This document shows, piece after piece, positions 59,101-64,000 of a DNA stretch of 64,000 bases. The translations under genes and the position numbers were made by a program. Source of the stretch: a virus; IMG/VR virus record IMGVR_UViG_3300020478_001251, positions 1 to 64,000 of that record; one strand, written 5' to 3'. Below the pieces are notes generated by a model. It searched no databases. It had not been told where the DNA came from and saw nothing but the letters and a program-made list of their open reading frames with translations. Position 1 is the stretch's first letter. Each line of letters opens with the position of its first letter.

Positions 59101-60797
59101 TGAACTCTTCCTAATGGATACCATTTATCAGTAGCAAGTGATGTTCCATCGATTGCAGATTGGTGAACATATACTTGCATATCAAAATCTTGTGAACCCG
59201 TTCCATTGGCATTTATTTTATTACCTTGATAATAATGTGTATTAAATCTTAATGTATGTGTTACATTTTTTTCTAAATCAAAACTTGCAGAAGTTTCAAA
59301 AGTTAATTTTGTTCCATGAGCTTCATTAGAACCACTAATTAAAATACCATCTATAAATTGTGAATCATCTCGTGTAACAACGGCATTTGATGAACTAACC
59401 CAATAATTATCTACTATACTTGAAGAATAAAAATATCCCTCATTAACAAATCCTGTTTTACTAAATGGGTCAATCAATAATGTTGGTGATTCAATTGTAG
59501 ATTCATACATTGGTTCAAAATCACCAAGTGTTCCTTTACTCTTTGCATAAATTTTTGCTTTATAAACATCACCACTAAAAGTTCTTAAATTTGCAATTGT
59601 AATATCAGCAAAAGAACGATAGTGTGTATTACTTAATGTAACATTTGGTGTTGGTGTATATGACATTGTAACATTTGGTGTTCCACCCGTATTATGAACA
59701 ATATCAGCTACAACCTTTTCACCAGTATCTTTTCTTGTTATTATAAAATCATCAAGTGGAACAAGAGTATTTTGATTTTTTACTTTCTTAATTGAAGTAG
59801 TATATGTTGATGGAATTGTATAATCCTCTGATGGATATTTTGTATCATCAACCGCTGGACTATTAATTGTTAATGTTCCACCAACTAAAGCACTTGAAGC
59901 TTGATTTGAACTATTCTCATCTGAACTTTCAAGGTCATTAATTGTAATTGTAAATCTATCTTCCTCTGGAGAAGCTCTTCTAACCAATCTACCACGAGAA
60001 GAAAATGATGTATTTCTCAATGGTTCTATTTTAGATTGTCTTCTATCTTTGTATAATGATAATTGTTGACCAACATTATCTATTCCTGAAACATCAGTAC
60101 TATCAAACTCTGATTGTCCTGTAGGTCCTGTTTGATTGGCTGTTATATTTGGTGCTTTATTTACATCAACACTTCCAGTTATTTCTATTGATGCAGATGG
60201 TCTTGTTTCTTCAACGAATGGTTTTACTATTTCTGATAATGAAATTGTTGGTTGTTTATAGAAAAATATTGGTTGTGTATTTGGTAGTGTAGCATTAATA
60301 AAAACAGGTCTGATATATCTAACATTATATACACCTTGAAATTCTGGTGGTATATCATCCGTTAAATTACCACCACCTACTTCTTCTAACAAATCTTGTG
60401 GGTCTATTTCACCAGAAGTAATCTCATCTTGATTTTCATTTAAAGCAGCTATACTTTGATAATTAGGTTTTAGTTCCCCAACTATATACATAAAACCATC
60501 ACCAGGAACTACATCATCATATACCTCTACTGATACACGACGAGAACCACCCTCAAGATAATTAGTTACAGCTTCCGTATAGATTGTGTTTCCACCAGCA
60601 TCTAAAATCTCAACTTTTAATTCTACATTGTTTTTAAGATATGGTGAACCTGCTATAAGAAAGGAAGATTTACCTTGTGGTATCTGGTCTGGAAAGTCGT
60701 AAACATTAAAATATTGTGAAGTTAATCCCTGTTCTTCAACCAGTATATCAATGTCTTTTAATCCTTGATATTTATTAATTCTTTTGAGAATTGCCAT
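50163..60797 (-). CDS. Giant tail fibre (3544 aa) with C-terminal peptidase S74 intramolecular chaperone
   Basis: Repetitive Gly/Ser/Thr beta-rich body (G.IGGW.I repeats). C-terminal SDIKFKENV..LRGVEFDW..GFIAQEVE..LLVEAIKE from about 50495. Confidence 0.88.
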   Translation of the reverse strand: MAILKRINKYQGLKDIDILVEEQGLTSQYFNVYDFPDQIPQGKSSFLIAGSPYLKNNVELKVEILDAGGNTIYTEAVTNYLEGGSRRVSVEVYDDVVPGDGFMYIVGELKPNYQSIAALNENQDEITSGEIDPQDLLEEVGGGNLTDDIPPEFQGVYNVRYIRPVFINATLPNTQPIFFYKQPTISLSEIVKPFVEETRPSASIEITGSVDVNKAPNITANQTGPTGQSEFDSTDVSGIDNVGQQLSLYKDRRQSKIEPLRNTSFSSRGRLVRRASPEEDRFTITINDLESSDENSSNQASSALVGGTLTINSPAVDDTKYPSEDYTIPSTYTTSIKKVKNQNTLVPLDDFIITRKDTGEKVVADIVHNTGGTPNVTMSYTPTPNVTLSNTHYRSFADITIANLRTFSGDVYKAKIYAKSKGTLGDFEPMYESTIESPTLLIDPFSKTGFVNEGYFYSSSIVDNYWVSSSNAVVTRDDSQFIDGILISGSNEAHGTKLTFETSASFDLEKNVTHTLRFNTHYYQGNKINANGTGSQDFDMQVYVHQSAIDGTSLATDKWYPLGRVQDATEEQGSIPSVFNTFITPSGATVDPKLKLKFEINSGRAIISDVEVGPYSETNFNPDFFRAIVPMPHPMPKKPDKYDFLVEFYDVNNNIAETVAIAEDADFLGASFNIDGDGNLLSGSMYLGNVEGSGIEMHGGSAFIRSIGYDGFDKTIASSSGGFMMFSGSVTDQIGSAETYNGVGLEIVDAHSSTDRYLKFRTNPSTFQVVTDEFFLGQSTSTFVSGSNGNLHISSSNFEIQPDGDVIMSGTITATAGNIGDFQIVDGQISGSNITMNATRSQIYKTDAGPGSDTGAAFEQLRDEYYIDFQPSESVDKVNNYRSGYYIKMGPNFGVDKDGILFASGATFQGTITASAGLIGGFTSDDHAFSSNNIFISGSPTAGGINQDKYMFISTSKFNVKQNGDVTGSSFLLEGGTITDGVTILGTVAANSILTPATIGGSPATVANASSSITAQGHAKFVSGSIAGWEMNPQYISKALGGHSTTATSRIYLSVEADNQAQNIQQGLHIYRDDDDTTDGHVKIVRVGGLSNTTTLHHNDDYGLQVIKKDSDNNYSNIMYIGKSEQKISGFSITPVAIHSTDNSLILSGSGEITGSQVLFTGGKIGGWTLTDTTLTGGVVTLNSAGSIEVGGLSDATTVATTNSGFFADSSGNVLIKGNVSNNDYLKVSAGGSIDIKAQNFDLDATSLIMDSGTNEGKIALGGTPPTAYNSGNGFYVDGTGKLLIGSGSGDRIQFDGSNFTVQVGSLELDASNVEISSTNASMSLGEGNIILDGDNSKIKVGATTSKQVEIVGSSTQGYIATGKTSATSTTAGFWLANNNTDPEFHVGNSTDFIKFDGGNLDIQSQKLEIDASTFEVSTTESSMSLGHSVSYPQGRIILQGSGTPKVAIGTDASFISMTTGSGIYMDGAGNFKFGDDDGNVSFNSGNFSITGSDVDIQVTDLNITAAGFKLSSTDASMSLGTNEQWYANGNGASPYLSIGQSTKAYSNPGVFLGYVNAQSRPRVSFSGSAGHFLFDTGVDIKTSTLEVQTTGIEISSAHTSMSIGPGGSNPIVIQSAGNDRFIKFGSKTDFAQTTTAGFIMGMDNGEAKFDMTVGSGNNNYFRAQNSGIDIKTPNFRLDTDRLDIDSSTSRIQVYDGEGDEVIRFGEISDSASDLYGLKVYDGAGTGSSDTLLKLGGEGNEIAGWTIANETLTGGAMVIRKDGTIESSGFASNVAGSGFRLTAAQGGFLEVENAKIRGTLATAVFEKESVNAVGGQLYVANSTVLTSSAFNPSGVHASTQNTMSVVNVTGFTANEVLSLKKVSTTGFGTEYVLVQSASRDYPDSETNFSGQLFVTRSYGSGISGDSGSLGETPGTAQAYSGSQVIVSTGKINTGYIRLNANPNDETTPYMDIVERTGSAIYDVNLKARLGDLSGLSSGLLYGNTNPGFGLFTENIFLTGAITATTGSFTGIVHINTSDSEQIKMGIDVNGSNDGIYINNNNYWYTNAAFKVGSSNYYLSNDSSGNIAIQPKTFELKAGTALNGYTDLRISSTQASMSLKNNDILMQASDDSAYLRVGRNVSKALILSGSQTFGSLSSGKTSFADTTTGIWIANSNSVQQMNIGTSTQYIKFDSTSGNLQIASDDIEVTASNVDITTGTISVDATDFEIESTVPSMSLGYDTNSNAGVTFTGGSPSKIHFGPKGSAKMLLSSTTSDNYLQIGSQTFTGTEGGIIIGSDSGTSKLKVYNHASSSLVFDGTDFDLRTVSFRVVTEGFDISGTSGTGTSNFLKLGSATSVTAGEGAYLDGGGNFRVGTATSGNSFVRYNPTSEELQVKTSNLNIDTTTMDIVASGSATRLSMGASPPTNFSSNGIIISGSGYFNLQAGIGNYIRNTSSGFDLKSQNFGLDAGTIIVSSSLSSGAIKLGSSAKDITETANTGVYMDGTGKFRVGTATSGDSYLHFDGSDLDIKTGVFKLDTSNLDIDSAAGGSGSIALGSTPPTDYTAGNGFFVDGSGKFLLGNSSGDHIKWNGSTLEVEGTINITGGTGIPTDADISGSISGSYLNQFSQSMQTQVVLSSAGMDLKNAAGNATLASYGTDMTIGQTTSTNRNVYVDSDAGIQLRRGTQISASFADNLITLGPTSGQHVHIDTDSIDIKNASSVLSTFGANSTIYGGTVSFNDNTRDRIIIDSTSTRYYDEDGTIISEQKNGVLTLGGADSDDTNTVVISSSGVKSYGNTNTFFTNQSSTGFAIHAGDASNTAVSITATTSSFGPTATEHIQIDALGMRLMDGTTVRVRMNSDGLTIPDGTVTAGSSKFGINVSGNNDGLYVDSNNYAYIDSTSAFKWGGSTNYISGTPSSINIVTDNLAINTATFTASSADSGYISVGPGGNRTSMADIEGVFISGSGEFSMRSGSEYVRFMQKKNIGSTGDNFQLGIATPKFSLRDGGIMTAEDAVFAGDISATSGFFGQSTGSGWNIDGSKIRDADSSIVIDGGASPNITLKDGNYIAEIVPSFTAAASILKAGGLAYNSVTQGWTGTQTQTQTPDLDNGDSSSKSWIAGGFTGHTGESSVYANVESSVGNSPSTTNFGTYSADLTDAVYKSEAGWALWCQIKSMNVLDTTTTNWMSLGDVSYTCKTALYKSVSGGAWAVISDSIESHSGNFFTDFIPDDFTGSGGGPYYANTFKRTITRSYNHTVANDLDDYTWVIYDIVFTNNNLREEYQHSSTGKNASAGLSVTEQYSKIETMAHSPSNKKVEVTPKGIQAVFLTNATLENSDNKYFRMTPDEDKTVDIMGAVHTTGSISISELGSMSKKTVIGSDITLDYSGTGKVKAYTGNFGAVMLDHTGNYGTGNDSIQSIGTGAGGMRFYTAGAVDFAMTDSGDFHADGDIIGYSSTISDIKFKENVRPIENALLKVQKLRGVEFDWKDDFNERGHDVGFIAQEVEKVDGLEVLVKEGYLLNDDDEELTGKRVYYEKVVPLLVEAIKEQQIQIKELQSKVEKLDGNNK

Positions 60798-60825
60798 CTA
60801 TAAAATACTCCATTCGGGGTTCTAT

Positions 60826-60860
60826 TATAAATATCAAAATTTTAAAATTTACTATTTATT
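60826..60860. promoter_or_regulatory. Divergent pair of TATTTAT(A/T) promoter-like motifs
   Basis: tataaata at 60826-60833 (TATTTATA on minus, upstream of the tail fibre) and tatttatt at 60853-60860 on plus, upstream of the RHH gene. Confidence 0.55.
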
Positions 60861-60894
60861 AATATATATAAAGTGTGTATAAGGTGAGTATAAT

Positions 60895-61068
60895 ATGAAA
60901 AAAAGATATAATTTCACATTAGATGAAGATGTTATGGAATGGTTAAAATATTATTGTAAAGAGAATAGAACTAATTGTTCTTCTTTTATAAATCAAACAT
61001 TAGCAAAGATGAAAGGTGCTTCTCAACCCAAAGTTAAGATGTCATCAATCTCTAGCAAATCTAACTGA
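60895..61068 (+). CDS. Ribbon-helix-helix (CopG-like) DNA-binding protein
   Basis: Manual translation MKKRYNFTLDEDVMEWLKYYCKENRTNCSSFINQTL... (57 aa, below the track cutoff); alternating beta-strand followed by two helices. Confidence 0.7.
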   Translation: MKKRYNFTLDEDVMEWLKYYCKENRTNCSSFINQTLAKMKGASQPKVKMSSISSKSN

Positions 61069-63999
61069 TGAACTTCCACTAACTTTTTTAATTTCTAATA
61101 GTGTATCAACAAAATCTCTCATAGATTCAATATGAGAAACAACCAATGAGAACTGAAATTGAGTTTTCAGATATTGAAACAATTGGTGTACAGAATTTAG
61201 ATTCTCTGAATCCATTGTTCCCCAACCTTCGTCAATAGCAAGGAAGTTACTTCTTGGTAAATTACTTACATTCATTAAACCAACACGAATAGCCAGTGAT
61301 GAAACAAACCTTTCCATTCCACTTGATAACTCAAGAGGCCATACTCTATCATCATCATATACGATATGAGTATCGATTTGTTTTCCATCCATATTAAACA
61401 CAATACTAAAATCAACTATTTGTGCCAAGATATCATTTACTGCACCCTCGACAGTTGGTAATGATTTACTGATTAAATCATAAGGAACACCATCTCGTTT
61501 TATTGCCTCTAATAGATATTGATATGCCTGATGTGAATCTTCAAGTTCTTCTACTTTATTAATGTTATCATTAATTTGTTTTTCTTTGGTTTTCAATACT
61601 TGGATATCACCATGTAATGAAGTTAATTTTGAACCAACTACATCTAATTGATAATCTAAATCATCACTTTCATTTTGTAATTTATCAATCTCTATTTCTA
61701 CCTGTGAATTAAACATTACATCTTGTTCTTGTGATTTTGCTCTTTCCATATCACTCTTAATAAGATTAAATTGTGTTCCGATATTCTTTTGTTTTTCTTT
61801 AGTAAGATTTATATTAGATACAATGTTATCTTGGTATCGTTGTTTTTCACTTAATTTAGTTTCTAACTCATCTAAATCTTTTTTGAATGCACGAACCTTA
61901 AATTGTTTTTGTATCTCATCTTCCATAGTTTGTTTCTTTTGAACATATTCTTGTGCAAGAAGTTTATCTTTGTTTAAATTCTTTTTAGTTTCTATCGCAT
62001 CTAATGTAAATGGATTACTCATACAATGGTCACAATCATCATCATAAGTTAAATCACCAAGTTTCTCAATCTTATCTAATTTACTACGAACTTCTATTTT
62101 CAATTTATCAATTTCTACTTGAAATAAATCTCTTTCCTCTTCTAACTTCTCTAATTGATAATACTTCTCTTCTACACCATCTTGTTGATAGATAACAATC
62201 TTATTCTCAATCTCTTTTACTGCCTTATCAAAATCATATTGTTCTGTTTCATATTCTGAAAGTTTTTGCTTGACATTCTCAGATAAAGTTTGTAACTTAG
62301 AGTGTTCTCCTTCGAGTACTTCTATACTTTTCAAACTATCATCTACTGGTTTTAATCTTTTAGTTTGTTCTTTTATTTTTGATAATAACTCTTTGTTTGA
62401 TTTCTTTAAATCTCGTTCATCTTTCTTGAAATCTTTTTGTTTAGATTCAAGTAAAATCAAATCATCAGTTATACTTGCCAATTCACTATCGTAATCAGCC
62501 TTTTTAAAATCAGTTAAAAGTGTATTAACTTCTTTAATATCTTCTGCCGCCTGTGTATATAATTTATCAAATATCTTTAATCCCATAAATTGTGATAATA
62601 ACTCTTTTCGTTCTTTTTGAGTTTTATCTATAAAGACTGTAGAATTGTTTTGTGAACTCATTGATGTAAGAATGAAATCTTCATAATTACCAATAACCTT
62701 TTTAATGTTATTTTGTGTAGTTCTTCTTTGGTCTCCATTTAATGATATACTTTCACCTGTTTCATCTACCATCCAAAAATCTATATCAACCTTAACATGA
62801 CCAGTTCTTAAATTCTTTTTACCTTTTTTCTCTATATAATAATCTATACCATCTATTTCAAAATTAACTTTACAATATAAATTAGATTTTGCCTTATTAA
62901 TAATATTATCTGCCTTATATGCTCTTGAACTTATATCAAATAAACAAAATGATAAAGCATCTAATAATGCAGATTTACCTGTTGCGTTTGGAGCAAATAA
63001 TCCAACAATACCATTTAGTTTTGTGAAATCAACTACATTGTTTTCTCCATAACTAAACATATTATCAAACTCAAATCTTTTTATTTTCCAACTTACATTT
63101 CTTTGTATATCTGCTTCTGGTATTACTCCATTTAAATCTTTTAATATATCCTTGATTTTAATCATAGTATCATCATCAACAATATAATTGTTTTTCAAAT
63201 ACTCACTAACTAAATCATATTGATAATCTACATTATTAACATCACCAATATTAATTTTCTTATCACGAATTTTTTCTGTTGATAATCCATCTACTCGTGT
63301 GATAACTGATTCTTGAATTTTTGCCATCTTCTGAACCTTAGTCATCAATCGTTTTAATTGTGCTGGTTTTGTATTACTTACTCTAACACGAACTCTTGGT
63401 TTATTTGGTAAATCACTTAAATCTGGTAACTTACCATTATCAATATTAATAGTATAATAACCAAAATCATTATGTATTTCTATATATTTAGATTTTCTCT
63501 TTGGAACATCCCATAACAAATAACCTTTACCAATATCTTCACCATGATTTTGTTGAACCAATGAACCACAATAAGAAATAGTTTCTTCTTTATTCAAATG
63601 TTGTCGTTTGTGAATATCTCCAAGTAATCCTAAATCATATCCTTTAAACATACTCATCTTTACTTTACTTGGTAACTTGAATCCTAAATCAGTTTCACTT
63701 CTATCGACTGTTCCATGAAACAATACAACTTTAGTTCTATCACCTGGAACATCTTTTGCTTTAATATAATCTTTCTCTTTATCCCAAACATCCCATACGA
63801 TAAAATCCGTATCAGCACAAGTGTAAATACCAGTTCTCTTTAGATAGTGTAAATTAGGATGATTTAAATTTTCTACAATTGGTGATAAACAATCTAATCT
63901 ATTTAAATTATTTAAATTACAATCGTGATTTCCAGCTATAATAATTGTAGGAACAATATCAGATAAGTTTTTGAATAACCTTGATAACTGGTCAATTAA
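61045..63999 (-). CDS. Fused Mre11/SbcD nuclease - Rad50/SbcC ATPase (gp47-gp46 fusion), 5' partial
   Basis: Frame is open upstream of 63723 to the window edge and includes IAGNHD. Then FHG, LLGDIH, YCGSLVQQ (nuclease), APNATGKS, zinc hook CDHC, LSSGME and LAIDEGWG (ATPase). Confidence 0.92.
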   Translation of the reverse strand, partial: LIDQLSRLFKNLSDIVPTIIIAGNHDCNLNNLNRLDCLSPIVENLNHPNLHYLKRTGIYTCADTDFIVWDVWDKEKDYIKAKDVPGDRTKVVLFHGTVDRSETDLGFKLPSKVKMSMFKGYDLGLLGDIHKRQHLNKEETISYCGSLVQQNHGEDIGKGYLLWDVPKRKSKYIEIHNDFGYYTINIDNGKLPDLSDLPNKPRVRVRVSNTKPAQLKRLMTKVQKMAKIQESVITRVDGLSTEKIRDKKINIGDVNNVDYQYDLVSEYLKNNYIVDDDTMIKIKDILKDLNGVIPEADIQRNVSWKIKRFEFDNMFSYGENNVVDFTKLNGIVGLFAPNATGKSALLDALSFCLFDISSRAYKADNIINKAKSNLYCKVNFEIDGIDYYIEKKGKKNLRTGHVKVDIDFWMVDETGESISLNGDQRRTTQNNIKKVIGNYEDFILTSMSSQNNSTVFIDKTQKERKELLSQFMGLKIFDKLYTQAAEDIKEVNTLLTDFKKADYDSELASITDDLILLESKQKDFKKDERDLKKSNKELLSKIKEQTKRLKPVDDSLKSIEVLEGEHSKLQTLSENVKQKLSEYETEQYDFDKAVKEIENKIVIYQQDGVEEKYYQLEKLEEERDLFQVEIDKLKIEVRSKLDKIEKLGDLTYDDDCDHCMSNPFTLDAIETKKNLNKDKLLAQEYVQKKQTMEDEIQKQFKVRAFKKDLDELETKLSEKQRYQDNIVSNINLTKEKQKNIGTQFNLIKSDMERAKSQEQDVMFNSQVEIEIDKLQNESDDLDYQLDVVGSKLTSLHGDIQVLKTKEKQINDNINKVEELEDSHQAYQYLLEAIKRDGVPYDLISKSLPTVEGAVNDILAQIVDFSIVFNMDGKQIDTHIVYDDDRVWPLELSSGMERFVSSLAIRVGLMNVSNLPRSNFLAIDEGWGTMDSENLNSVHQLFQYLKTQFQFSLVVSHIESMRDFVDTLLEIKKVSGSSSVRFARD

Positions 64000-64000
64000 T

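Noticed and set aside
44927-60797. Diversity-generating retroelement targeting the fibres
   Set aside because: No reverse transcriptase in the window and no TR/VR pair differing at adenines was seen by eye.
23-62494. The many short plus-strand and nested ORFs in the six-frame track
   Set aside because: They are antisense or out-of-frame shadows of long, motif-bearing minus-strand genes and have no recognisable motifs.
1-64000. Stop-codon reassignment, as in some large phages
   Set aside because: Genes are full-length and tightly packed in the standard code, and TAA, TAG (e.g. 9334) and TGA (e.g. 18206) all end genes at sensible boundaries.

Overview
An AT-rich, densely coding 64-kb segment of a large T4-superfamily-like (probably jumbo) dsDNA bacteriophage, read in the standard code and almost entirely on the minus strand. 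In transcription order (right to left) it holds six parts. (1) A fused Mre11/Rad50 (gp47-gp46) gene. (2) A 3544-aa tail fibre with a peptidase S74 chaperone, followed by two fibre/adhesin-like proteins that each end in a Hint domain. (3) A roughly 27-kb glycan synthesis and tailoring island with GT7/GT2/GT-B glycosyltransferases, NDP-sugar epimerases, RmlC, a split ThDP enzyme, PhyH and 2OG oxygenases, a radical SAM enzyme, methyltransferases, 7 SGNH-like and 4 GT10-like paralogues. (4) Lysis genes. (5) A block of putative capsid-cargo proteins. (6) The terminase (gp17), portal (gp20) and prohead protease (gp21) module. The best candidate for an undescribed system is a ~1640-aa polyprotein that joins an Ntn-hydrolase, a CCA-adding enzyme, a cytidylyltransferase-fold domain and an RNA-ligase-like domain. 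Its domains are separated by gp21-type (hydrophobic)-x-E sites, and one site lies directly before the Ntn catalytic Cys. Nearby is a P-loop kinase with a capsid-targeting-like N-terminus. Together these suggest a protease-activated, virion-delivered tRNA/RNA repair kit. Other highlights are non-splicing Hint domains on fibre proteins interleaved with glycosyltransferases, a riboswitch-like leader before the ThDP subunit, and a promoter-like motif that is the reverse complement of the T4 late promoter. All family assignments come from motif recognition by eye; no searches were run.
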